Assembly: GCA_964016885.1 (NCBI GenBank)
Contig: OZ024740.1
Span: 219,604,001-219,668,000, forward strand
Origin: Eledone cirrhosa
Taxonomy: Eukaryota
Reading direction: 5' to 3'
Length of the DNA: 64,000 bases
Part shown: piece after piece, positions 38,405 through 51,110 of the stretch
Numbering within the stretch: the stretch's first letter is position 1
How the letters are laid out: each line of letters opens with the position of its first letter
Notes under the pieces: model-generated
The model's input: the letters and a program-made list of their open reading frames with translations, nothing else
What the model was told of the DNA's origin: nothing
Databases searched by the model: none
Made by a program: the position numbers and the translations under genes

Positions 38405-40477
38405 CTCTATATGTATCATCATCATCATCATCATCAACGTTTAACGTCCGTGTTCCACGCTTGCATGGGTTTGGACGGGGGTAGTCCCACTTGAGGCAAG
38501 AGTGATTGTCTTGCTCGCATAGGACTGTCTGGCAGGTTTTCTACAGTTGGATGCCCTTCCTAACACCAACCACATTTACAGTGTGGGTCTGGGAGGTTTT
38601 TACCGTGTTGCCTACACGGCCACATTACAGCGTGGACTGTGTGTTTTTTTGTCGTGACACCTACACGATCTCATTTGTTTCGGCCTGGATGGCGTGGCAC
38701 CAACATAACTTTACATAGAACGGGGTGGTGTGGATGGGGTGGGGGGGTGTATCTGCTGACTAATGAAAAACTTAATGATTTTATTCAATTCCTCCTATTT
38801 TGGGTTATTTTCAAAATTAATTGAAGCACATAGGCTGTGCATTTCATTAGAAATAAGGGAATGAAAGGGTTAAAGTAACTGTAATATGATTATAGTAGTG
38901 TTTTGAGGGTGAAAAAAAAAAAGATCTTGTGACTCATTGCCAAAATTCATAATACCAGATAGTTTACCATAATTTCTATGCATAGTTGGTGGTGGATGTA
39001 ATAGAAACAATTGACTAAAAGTCATATAACTTAACATCTTTTTATATATTGAAATTGTTGTCTGTACATACGTTATCTGATGAAACCTAAATGTCATTTT
39101 ATATATAGTTATTTGCTAATACCTTATCTAATTAAACGTCTTGATAACAAACTTCCTGAAACTTCCTTTGGTTTTATAATATAATACTTTTAAAGGGTTT
39201 ATATTTACCTAAGAACCTTCCATCATAATCTTATATAAGAATATTTAAGTTACATTACAAACACTAGCTTAACTCTTTCGTAACTATATTCCTAATGAAA
39301 TAGACTCTATTTCAATTAATTAATTAAACATTTTGAAAGACTTACTGAAATAATTAATCATTTCATCACTAACATAGTTACTTAACATATGGTTTTTATA
39401 GAAAATGATGTAGAAAGATTTTAATTTAAATAGGAACCCTATAAAATGGGTGGTTTTGTTTCATAGAGCCAGTTTTGGCTGAATTGATATCTGTTCAAAT
39501 TCTTAACTACTACTACTGCTACTGCTGTTGCAGCTGCTGCTGCTGCTGCTGCTTCTTCTTCTTCTTCTTCTTCTTCTTCTTCTTCTTCTTCACCCAATTA
39601 TTCCTAGGAGGGTCATGGGAGAAGAATCCTCAGGCATTCCTCCCAGAGCGTTCTATCAGAACCAGCCATCTCCAATTCATCTGGTTTGATTCCCAGATGA
39701 GACCAACCATCTAGCTCATAGTCTACCTCTGGGTCTCCTGCTGGCTGGCTTTGCCTGTAAAATCTGTTCAGCAATTCTTTCCTAAGACATTCAAATCACA
39801 AATTCTGAAATATTTCCAAAATTACTTGAAAAACAGGCAGTGTGATTCATTATAACTCTGATAAAGAAGGGTTAAACCTATTCAAATGTACAAAAATTTT
39901 AATACTTTCATTTGTAACTCATTGAAATTTTGTTATATCTCTAGTTAATTGGCAGTCAAATCGTATTAGTTTCATATTACAGGTAAAATATTTCCGCATC
40001 AATCAATAAAAGGTTTCTATCAAAAAGTAACTTTTTGAAAATATGACTATATAATTTATTAGTAATGACAGTATTATCTTCAAGTGTTGTAGAGTATATT
40101 AGTTTGAATATTGTGTGTATATTTGGGGAAAGACCATCTAGTGATTTTTCACAATAAGCATTCAGGTGTAAGTGGTTGAGTATTCCACAACAGTGTGTAC
40201 TCTCAATGTAATTTTTAAGCCAACTCATTGTGAAACAATATATGACTCATAGATACAATCCTTTTGACAGGTTTTCAACACAGTTTCCATCTACTCAGTT
40301 CCACTCCCAGGGTTTGGGTCAACCCTCGGCTATGGTAAATACACTTGTCCAAGATCTCATGCAGTCGGATTGCAAATCAAGGCTTCGTCTGCTTTGTGTT
40401 CAAATCCTGTTGATGTCTACTTTGCCTTCAATCCTTTCGAGGTTGATAAATAAATCACCAGTCCAGTTTGAAGTCGA

Positions 40478-40544
<67 letters not shown>

Positions 40545-40545
<1 letters not shown>

Positions 40546-40715
40546 GAAAAAGTATGACCCCAACGGCAGAGCTCAAGCTGTTTCGACGGCTATTTCTGGA
40601 CCAGAAATAGCCGTCGGGGTCATACTTTTTCCTATTACCCACTCTACTAACCGAAGTATTGAGTACTCTGGTGCGTTATGGTCCATCTGGTTCCTTACCA
40701 CATTTCCTTCGTTAT
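40545..40715. mobile_element. Fold-back element in (AT)n, Penelope pseudo-LTR-like
   Basis: Outer IR ggaaaaagtatgacccc/ggggtcatactttttcc; inner perfect 16 bp hairpin 40584-40616; related copy at 61212-61318. Confidence 0.7.
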
Positions 40716-43700
40716 ATATATAAATCAGCTGTGTTCCAGCCTGTAGAGAGGTAGGCTCATCCAGGTTAAAATGCTCAAGATAGCACCATGGTGACATCAC
40801 CAGGAGTTAAGGCCCATGGATAGAAATATCATACATTAATACTTTACCAAATTCTTTCAGTCGATAACTGTATCACAATACAACTCCATCTCCACTCACA
40901 TCTTCTTCACAACTCTTAACTTTCAACAATGTAATATACTATTAACATCTTTCCATCATCTATGATAGTTGATTGCTTTGATAGCTTTTACAACCTGCTT
41001 ATTCAGACTCAAGAATACAAAAATATGTTTCCATCCATATATTCTGTGAAATAGAAAATAGATAATAAAAATAACTTATTTTAAGAAGAGAAATTACAAG
41101 CTGAATATGTCTTTAAAATTTACAATTCATGTTAAGAAAATCTTTTCACAAAATTCCCATGTAAGCTACCTAAAATCATATGCTACTACTATGTAACATA
41201 ACATATATTATACATACATGAAATAGCCTAGCTATTGTGTGCATTACCTAAAATATACTTTTATGGGTTCACGCTTTTCTTTGTCATTCTATCACTGAAG
41301 ATATAAAATAGGAAACCTCTGAAGAATTATGTTAAGTCTGAGAAATTGGAAATGCTCTCAGTTATTATTTTCTTACTACTGCTATTTATTTGTTAGTGTT
41401 TTTTTTTCTTGTTTCTTTTATTTTATCTATTTACTATATACCACCAAACTAAATATATTTCACCATGCTAAATTCTCTTCTTATTCTTCCCTCCCTTTGC
41501 CTCTTTCTCTCTCTCTCTCTCACTCTTTTGCATATCTTATTATGATGATATTATAAGTTAAAGTGTAACAATACCAAATATATTTATGAAGTAGAAGTGA
41601 ATCAGTAAAAAAAGAACATTATTTTCTGTTTTATGTCTTTCAATTTGTTTGGTTGGTGGAACAATGCTTGCAAGTTTTTCTGATAGCTGCAAGAAATTAA
41701 GTAAAAATAAAACGGAAAAAAGAGAAGAATTGACGTTGCCTGAAGATAAAACAGTAACGAACATTGTCAGAAGTTTTGCCATTTTGCTAAATCTGAGGCA
41801 ATTTGGCTGTCTGTTGGTTCTGTAGTTATCTATTCAATAATGGAAACTATGTTTTTTTCTTTAGTTTCAAGGTATTTAACAGACAAATTATTACTTCATC
41901 GAAAGAAAAGCCATATATAGACTTATAGCATTCAATTTCTTTGTACTGTAGCACATCTCCAGGTGCAACTGTAGATTACAAAAGACATATTCTATAAGTT
42001 TCACCTAAGAAACTAAAATTAAATGTCATCTTATATATCATCATCAGCATCATCATCATCATCATCATCATTATAACCACCACCCACCAACATCATTTTA
42101 TTTCCACTTTCCATGACGGCATTTGTTGGGTGGGTTTGAGTCAGTTCTTATTCAGAGTTTCTGCCCTCTCTGAGATGGGTCATGTATCTTCCAATTTTGG
42201 TATGGTTTCTACAGTTGGATATCTTTCTTAAAATGTTCATATTTAAATTAAACCTGTCCTTCTTAGTTTTATCTTAGAATATTTTAACCCTTTAGCATTT
42301 AAACTGGCCATATCAGGCCAGAATTCTCTTATCTCTTTCTGTTAAAACCAGCCAATACTGGCTGCTCATACTCATGTTAAGGTATTAGTCTTAAAATAAA
42401 TATCAAAATCTCATAGATACAATATTATGTGAGATAAAGTGTTTACCATGAAAATATAATAGTAAATATAGAGTAATGTGTTAAATATAATAGTAAATAT
42501 AGAGTAAAGTGTTAAAGTATGTTCCAAACACCAGCTTACTAACAACGTTTACTTAATCTCTTGAAATGTATTTTTATTATATTCAAAATTAATTTCAAAA
42601 GAGGCAGTGTATATCACCAGAAATATGTAATGTAATGCAACTTAGACATTCATCCATTTGAGGTTGATAAATAAAACACCTATCAAAGATGATGGGCTGG
42701 CAGAATCATTAGCATGCTGAATGCAATGCCTTGCAGTCTCTTTACACTCTGAGTTCAAATCTCACCATAGCCTAGTTAGATGTGAGACTTAATCCATCAC
42801 CCAGTTTATCACCACCACCCGACCCATCTAAGTCTTTAGCAAATAACACTGTGCTGCAAGTATTTGGGCTAGATCTCAGCTTTGAGGATGCTTCCCTCTC
42901 TCCAACTAATCTTGAAGGACTGGAAAAAATAAAGAGGTGCTGTATAGATGAAACCTTTCAATACCATACTTCTAATAATAGACACTGACTAGTATTTTCA
43001 AATATGTTTGAAAATAATCAAGAATTTGAAAAGATTTAATAAGTAATTAGAAATTTTCTCATTTATAATTTGATGTTTGGAACAGAACTTAACAAATGTT
43101 TTTACATAAAATTATGATCCAAGATTTTTAGTTAAATATACACACTTTAAAATAAACAATTTTCTATAATAGAACCAGAAGTGATTATAGCCAGGTTAGT
43201 ATCAAAAGTGTCAAGGAACAAAGAAATATAAAATATAGGGAGTTCTATGATTTAAATAAACTCAACACTAGCAACACAAAATTACTATCTACTACTCTGT
43301 GATTCTTGACACCATATTGAATATTTGAAATATTTTAAAGTTAATTTAATTTGTAGAATCATTGTTTCTTGAAATATCCTTTAAATACAGAAACTCATAA
43401 TTGTTTCTCTTGTATTTCGTACAAGTTTTATTTTATTAAACATTGATTTTATATCATGGATTTCACATACATTTTGTCACATGTGTGCCATGTGCATCTA
43501 TTTATATACATGACTCATTGCTTTATAAAACATCCTAAAATAATCATCATTGTCTTTACTGCCATTTTCCACACTTGCATGGATCGGATGGGTCCTTTTC
43601 AACACAGATTCTCTCTACAAGCTGCATCCCTTTGTCACCTCCTCTGCGACTCTCAGAGATTTGAGGTCAGCTCTCACCACCTCTGCCCAGATCTTTTTTG

Positions 43701-46024
43701 TTTTATCTCTACTGTAGCTTCCCTCCACTGGGATTTCCTGGCACTTTTTCACCCAGCAATCATTATCTATGTGCACTACATGTCACCAGAAATATGGTAA
43801 TGAAAGGGTTAAAGCAACTTAGACATTCATCCATCTCAGGTTGATAAATGAAATCCCTATCAAAGGTGGTGGGTTGGTAAAATCATTAGGATGCTGGTGT
43901 GCAATCTTCTCTCCTGTACACAACATAAATAAATAAAATGGAAATTGATTCATAAGTATGTCAAAGTATGTCAAGTTCTTTATTATCTGGAGATTGTATC
44001 ATAATATGTAAAAAGTACTGACTTCTAGAGCTGCAGATTCAAAAACTTTAACACACTAGAGTTATACCAAATAACTACATTGGTGTTACTATATAATTTT
44101 GTATAAAAATTTTTGTTAGCACAAAATTGGTGTCAAAAGTTAGTTGCTGTTCTTTAAAACTAGATTCTTCTCTCTGTTTATGATTTCCAACTGTTTTATT
44201 AAACGGCTATTTTATTTATTTCTATGGGAGTCAGCTGAAAGGTTCATAGGCTAACCAAGATATTCTCATGGAATAATCAAATGAAGTTTATTTTTCAACA
44301 TTTTCCCTGGAAAGAAACAAGTCACTTATTAATAAGAGTTGAAATTAATGCACGCAATATTTCACACCTCTAACATTACTCCTTTGTATATCAGCCAAAA
44401 TCTGTATGATTCCATTTGTAATGTGTTGTTCGAACAACATTGTTGTCAAAAGTTAGATACTGTTCTTAAATCTAAGTTCTCTATGTCTACTATTTCCAAT
44501 GATCAAACTGCTATTTTTCTTTCTTTCTATATATTTGTAAGGTTTTGAAAGATGGATGTTTAGGAATGTAGAGAGAAGACTAACAACTAAACAAAGTCTA
44601 TTTAACAAGAGTGGTGTGAGATAAATAAAAAAGGAATTGGTGTAGTTCTTTATTTTAAAAAAATGAAATATGTTTAGGAAACTAGTTGGTAGATGTAGGT
44701 AGTGAATGTTGCTTGGCCAAATAGTGAAGAACTTTTCTTCAAACTCTTGAGATTCCAAGTTAGGTTTTACTGTGTAGCATCTTGAGCAAGTGTTTTTGAC
44801 CATAGTCTGAGTTGACCCTAGCTTTGTGAGTAAAACTGAGTAAATAGAAACTGTGCAGAAGTCTATTAGATGGACTGAAACTATTATTAAAAAAAACCCA
44901 GCCTTGTTGCAGAATGTGCCATGCTGAATATCTCTTAGAATTATGTTAAGGGTACATGTGTCCTTGGAATTATTGTTTGTTATTAATATGGAATGTGTTT
45001 GGTGTGAGGAAGAGCATCCAGCTGTAAAATATCTGACCAAATTTATAGTCCTCACCGGAGCAAGGTGTGACATGGCCAACCATGGCCAGACTTGCCACTT
45101 GATATGGATGACCCATCTAACCCATGGAAGAATTGACACTAAACAGAAATGATGATGATGATGATGGCTCACACTTACATGGGGTTAGCCTGCTTCCTAT
45201 GAGGATGCAACTCTTTGAAGGTTTCATGAATGTTTTAATGATTGGGTTCCTAGTCATATCATTCTATGGAATTACTTAGTCATGCATTAATTTAGTGAGT
45301 AGGCCATTTCACTGACCAAACAACTGGAACACTCGTTGTTGAAATTGACAGCAGTTCATTTACTTACTAAACATAGATTACTTCTGGAGAGAGAGACTGA
45401 AAAACAGACATAATGTTGTGTATAGAAAGTAAAACGGTGGATAAGGTAGAATGGGTGGTTCTTGCTGAAAGAGAGATGGGGAGTTAGAGAGTTAGTGTTG
45501 AGGTTTGAAAGTTCTGAGGAACAGAGGCCATTTTCGTGAGAGTAGAATAAGTGGAAGAGACAAGACAGTATGGTAGGAGGTCAACAGTTAAAAGTTGTTG
45601 ACCTGTAAGAGTTTGCTTTATTAAGCAGGTAAGCTTTTTCACTGGAGTCCAGTAGACACTAATAAGTCTGTGTATGTAATTATTGGAAACTATCATGAAA
45701 TTAGCTGAGTGTGTGTGGACACCAATAACAGTAGTTACATGACTGGGCATGGCTACTGGAAATATCTCATTTTAGTTTAGTGTATGTATCGTTAGTGAAA
45801 AATAAGCCATTATCAGTAGTGTGTGTATATAGTTATTGAAAAAACAGCACAGAGCGTGAAAAATTATTGATCACTATCTAACGTGTGTACTTGCATCCTC
45901 AAAAATAAAATAGCAATTAAGTGATACCATATTATTAGTGTATGTAGACGTGTATGATTGTTAAAATTAACAATTGGTTGATGATTATACATATACATAT
46001 GCACACTCACATATATATAAATAT

Positions 46025-46060
<36 letters not shown>

Positions 46061-46237
46061 GTTTAACGTCCGTGTTCCACGCTTGCATGGGTTTGGACGG
46101 GGGTTTTCCCACTTGAGGCAAGAGTGGTTATCTTGCTCGCATAGGACTATCTGGCGGGTTTTCTACAGCTGGATGCCCTTCCTAACACCAACCACATTTA
46201 CAGTATATATACAAACATACATATATACACACGCACA

Positions 46238-46289
<52 letters not shown>

Positions 46290-46549
46290 AGAAAATGTGA
46301 AGTAGTTTCAGATGTTAAAGTCCTTTAATGATAATGCTGTGATACATATTTCAGTGGCCACACGCTTTGATGTACCCAGTGCCGTGACATCAACTGACAG
46401 CTTCTTACATAATAAGGTTATGTTCCCGAGGCAATCCAAATTGAATCGACAAGGGAACGAACAAAGCGGGTGTTCTTGAATCCTTCGCCCATTCCTTTGC
46501 AAGTCCCAATTCACCCCCACCATTTGTGCAGTATATATATATATATATA

Positions 46550-46649
46550 CAGGGTGTCCCCCAAAAATGTATATACACTTTGATTACCTGTACAGACAAT
46601 ATTTATTAGAATGATGTTGAAGTGTATATACATTTCTTGGGACACCCCG
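46550..46649. mobile_element. Tc1/mariner-type MITE, 100 bp
   Basis: TA flanks; TIRs cagggtgtcccccaaaaatgtatatacactt / aagtgtatatacatttcttgggacaccccg. Confidence 0.85.
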
Positions 46650-46659
46650 TATATATATA

Positions 46660-46848
46660 TAACTGTTTCTACGTTAGGCACGAGGCCAGCAATTACCCAG
46701 TGTATTACTAGTACTTTATTTTATCGACCCCGTAAGGATGAAAGGCAAAGTTAACCGCGGCGGGATTTGAACTCAGTTCGTAAAGGGACGTAACTGTGCT
46801 GCAAAGCATGGCGCCCAACCCTCCAGCGATACTGTCAATCCACCGCCC
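46660..46848 (-). mobile_element. tRNA-derived SINE family B
   Basis: Reverse complement of the family B sequence. Confidence 0.85.
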
Positions 46849-47009
46849 TTTATATATATATAACATCATTTCATCAGTGTTTCATGTTGATTTTTCCATG
46901 CTGGCATGGGTTGGATGGGGCTTTTTGAGGCAATGTTTTACTGCTGGATGCAGTTCTTGACACTAACCCTTTGAGTCACTTCTTTTGATACACAGGAATA
47001 TAGTGTACC

Positions 47010-47065
<56 letters not shown>

Positions 47066-47427
47066 AGGTAAATTGTCAGAATCATTAGAATGTCAAATAG
47101 AATGCTTTATGGTATTTGTTCCAGCTCTCTGCTCTCTGAGTTAAAATCCTGCCGAAGTCGATAAAAAAGTATGAGTCTGGGATCCATTCTTCCTCCATAT
47201 CTCTTTCTTACTTCCCTTATCTCACTTTCTATCTTTCTCTGGAAGAAATCTGCTGTATTCAGACCTGGAGAGGGATGGACTCCACCATCAATACGGCGCC
47301 CCTATGACCCTATCAGGAGCTATGGGACCACACATATATACATATATATATTACAATTGGTTGATGATTACACACACACACACACACACACACATAGACA
47401 CACATACACACACACACATACACATAC

Positions 47428-47870
47428 ATCATCATCATTATCATCATCATCATCAAACGTCCGCTTTTCCCTGCTTGCAAGGGGGGAACGGGTCCTATTC
47501 AGCACAGCATCTCTCCACTTGTTACGGTCCTTCATCATTTCCTCGGTGAGTTTCAGCGATCTGAGGTCTGCTCTCACCATGTCCGGCCATGTTTTTTGTG
47601 GTCTACCTCTATTGCGTCTTGCTTCTACTGGGATTTCTTGGTACTTCTTTACCCAGCGGTCGTCCTCCATGCACATCACATGTCCATACCATCTCAGCCT
47701 TCTCTCCTGCACACCACAACTTATCCCTCTTATACCCAGTTTCTTTCTCAACTTGTCTATGCTTGGTCGTTCACACACATTGGCATTGCGTATCCAACAA
47801 AGCATACTAGCTTCATTTCTCTCCAGCTGCGCATATCTTCTGCAGTTGCTGCCCGGGTCTCACTACCCTA
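47428..47870 (-). mobile_element. RTE LINE 3' fragment
   Basis: ORF 47368-47805 with VQERRLRWYGHV and RGRPQKTW; ends in the tail shared with SINE A. Confidence 0.88.
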
Positions 47871-48146
47871 TATATATATATACTGTCCAGCACTTGTTAA
47901 CAGGGAAAGCAGACGTTAAATGATGATGATGGTATATATATATATATATGTGTGTGTGTATGTGTGTATGCATGCATATATATGTGTGTATATTTAATAA
48001 AATTTATTGGTGAAAATAAAAATAAAATTGTTTTATAAATATTATGAATACCTGCTTTTTTTTCTTTACAGTGTGGTAGTTTGAATGAGAAAGTTTAGAA
48101 ATCAATAAAAGTAATGTTGAGAATATATATATATATTTCTTACCAG

Positions 48147-48253
48147 GTCATTCCCAAATCATCAGTACTTTGCTGGACAATGGTGCTGATTATGCCTGTT
48201 CTGACTCCAACAGTGCTACTCCTCTTCATTATGCTGCCAAAAACAATTGTGCT
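48147..48253 (+). CDS. INVS: Inversin internal exon, (G)HSQIISTLLDNGADYACSDSNSATPLHYAAKNNCA
   Basis: ttcttaccag acceptor, GTAAGT donor at 48254; 107 nt, phase 1/0; ankyrin TPLHYAA motif; resembles inversin GHAQIV...SDSQGATPLHYAAQSNFA. Confidence 0.92.
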
Positions 48254-48533
48254 GTAAGTAGTAGTAGTGGTTGCTGTTATTATTATTATTGTTGTTGTTG
48301 TTATTATTGTTATTATTATTATTATTATCATTGTTACTATTATTATTATTGTTATTCTTGGAGTCTCAGTTATTGATGTTATATAATAATTATTATTATT
48401 ATTGCCTTTCATCCTTATGTTGGTCTACAAAATATAGTACCAGTAATGCACTGGGGTCAATTTAGTTCTCTTTCCCTTCCCTCAAATATTGATGGCCTTG
48501 TGCCTAAATCAGAAACCATTATTATTATCATTA

Positions 48534-48950
48534 GGGCGGTGGATTGGCAGTATCGGTAGAGAGTCGGACACCATGCTTTGAAGCATAGAGTTACGGCCCT
48601 TTATGATCTGAGTTCAAATCCCGCCGAGGTTAACTTTGCCTTTCATCCTTACAGGGTCGATAAAATAAAGTACCAGTAATACACTGGGTAATTGCTGACC
48701 TTGTGCCAAAAGTAGAAACAATTATTATCATTAGGGTGGTGGATTGGCAGTATCGGTAGAGGGTTGGACAACATGCATTCATGCATAGAGTTACGGCCCT
48801 TTCCAATCTGAGTTCAAATCCCGCCGAGGTTAACTTTGCCTTTCATCCTTACAGGGTCAATAAAATAAAGTACCAGTAATACACTGGGGTCGATTTAATT
48901 GCCTTTCCCCTCCCCAAAAAGTGTTGGCCTTGTGCCTAAATCAGAAACTT
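48534..48950 (+). mobile_element. Two head-to-tail SINE family B copies
   Basis: 48534-48727 and 48734-48950, preceded by a partial tail at about 48400-48520. Confidence 0.85.
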
Positions 48951-49454
48951 ATTATTATTTTATTTTTACTCAATTCCGAATATTTTTGTAGTTTTTGGTG
49001 ATGATTCCATTGCTGTTGTTGTTGTTGTTGTCATTGTTCTTATTTTTGTTATTACCATTGCTGTTGTTGTTGTTCTTGACTTTGTTGTTGTTGTCATTGT
49101 TCTTATTTTTGTTATTACCATTGCTGTTGTTGTTATTGTTACCATTGTTGTTGTTGTTGTTATAGCCATTGTTGTTTTTGTTGTTATGGCTATTGTTGTT
49201 GTTGTATTTCACTGTTGCCAATTATTGATCCAGTCAGGTGTTAGGGTCATCTACACAGACTCTGTTATTCTGAGATATTCTATACCGCGTCTTCCCGTTA
49301 TTTAGGGAGGCAATGAATTGGCACTGTTGTAAAGAGTATAATACAAAACACTTTGTGGTATTTGATCTGGCTCTCAGTTCAAATCCCTTCAAAGTCAACA
49401 TTGACTTTCATCATTTCAGAATCAATAAACTAAAGTAAGCACCAGTCCAGCATG

Positions 49455-49745
49455 GTGGATTGGCATAATTGTTAGAGCATGAGACAAGATTGGCAGAAAG
49501 GATTATTAGAGTATCAGACAAGATTGGCAAAATTGTTAGAGTATCAGACAAGATTGGCAGAAAGAATTATTAGAGTATCAGACAAGATTGGCAAAATTGT
49601 TAGAGTATCAGACAAGATTGGCAGAAAGAATTGTTAGAACATCAGCCAAGATTGACAGAATTCTTAGAACATCCAACAAGATTGGAAGAATTGGTAGATC
49701 ATCAAATATGATTGGTAGAATTGTTAGAACATCAGACAAGATGCT
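49455..49745 (+). repeat. 28-32 bp tandem array of a SINE 5' head
   Basis: About nine units gattggcaraattgttagagtatcagacaa, continuing into a SINE body. Confidence 0.85.
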
Positions 49746-49764
49746 TTGCAACATTTGTTCCAGC

Positions 49765-49956
49765 TCTGTTTGTTCCCTGTGTCCATCTTCAATTTCTCAG
49801 TGTAGCCTATAAGTGGTAGATTTAATCATCTGTTTGTTCCCTGTGTCCATCTTCAATTTCTCAGTGTAGCCTATAAGTGGTAGATTTAATCATCTGTTTG
49901 TTCCCTGTGTCCATCTTCAATTTCTCAGTGTAGCCTATAAGTGGTAGATTTAATCA
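49765..49956. repeat. Three perfect 64 bp tandem units
   Basis: Unit starts at 49765, 49829, 49893. Confidence 0.92.
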
Positions 49957-50480
49957 TTGCTGTATTTGTTTCAATTCTTTACATTTTGAGTTCAAATCTT
50001 GCTGTGGCCTAATTGGTTGATAGACTTAATCCATCACCCGGTTTAACACCACCATCTGGACCTTCAGTGCCTCTAGCAGAGGCCACTCTGTTGCAACCAT
50101 TTGGACCAGCTCTTAGGTTTCAGTATACTTCCTTCCTCACTTCCCACCAGTCATGAAAGCCCTGTAAAGGGATCATAGGCACTGCCATTCTCTCCCTACC
50201 TGGCTAAGTAGTAGAAAAACTAATAAATAAAAGGCAATAGTATAATTAATGTTAATAAATGTTGTATGTGAGGACCAGTATTTTCCAATGCTTACACTTC
50301 TTGCTAAAAGCTGAAAATCATCTCAAGAGAAAGTATTAGTAACTAGTGGCTCTTTAGGGTAGTGGTTAATGCCCTTGCCCAGCATCTGTAAATGTGGGTC
50401 TTTGATTGCTTTGCAGGCACTTCTGTCCCCTTTTTTTTCTCCAGGGATGCTTTACCTGATTTTCTCAACTATTATTTATT

Positions 50481-50665
50481 GTGAATTGGCAGTATCGGTA
50501 GAGGGTTGGACGCCATGCTTTCTAGCATAGTTACGTCCCTTTACAGTCTGAGTTCAAATCCCGCCGAGGTTAACTTTGCCTTTCATCCTTACGGGGTCGA
50601 TAAAATAAAGTACCAGTAATGTACTGGGTAATTGCTGGCCTTGTGCCTAAAGTAGAAATAATTAT
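50481..50665 (+). mobile_element. tRNA-derived SINE family B
   Basis: Matches family B; further copies at 53328-53490, 56036-56152, 58510-58615 (-). Confidence 0.85.
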
Positions 50666-50879
50666 TTATTATAGTGATCAACTATTGTTATGGTCATTTG
50701 CATTCGTTTGACTACATTTCAAATTTTCTCAATGCTGTTTTTTTAATGTTTATATTTGTTAAATGCATATTTATATATATTTACTAAATACATATATATA
50801 TATGTATACTCAATATATATTTTCACACATATTTACTAAATACATATAAATATAAAAATATTTACTAAATATATATTTT

Positions 50880-51110
50880 TATATTAATATTTATGAAATA
50901 TATTTTTATATTCATATTAATGAAATATATATTTCTATATTCATATTTATGAAATATATATTTCTATATTTATATTTATGAAATATATATTTCTATATTC
51001 ATATTTATGAAATATATATTTCTATATTTATATTTATGAAATATATATTTCTATATTCATATTTATGAAATATATATTTCTATATTTATATTTACGAAAT
51101 ACATATTTTA
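50880..51110. repeat. AT-rich minisatellite, unit about 29 bp
   Basis: About eight units atttatgaaatatatatttctatattyat. Confidence 0.85.

Noticed and set aside
41290-41325. CTGAAGA...GAAAC spaced like a hammerhead
   Set aside because: No stem I, stem III or NUH triplet; likely chance.
44453-45172. 239 aa minus-strand ORF
   Set aside because: Runs through antisense SINE pieces and AT-rich DNA with no recognisable domain.
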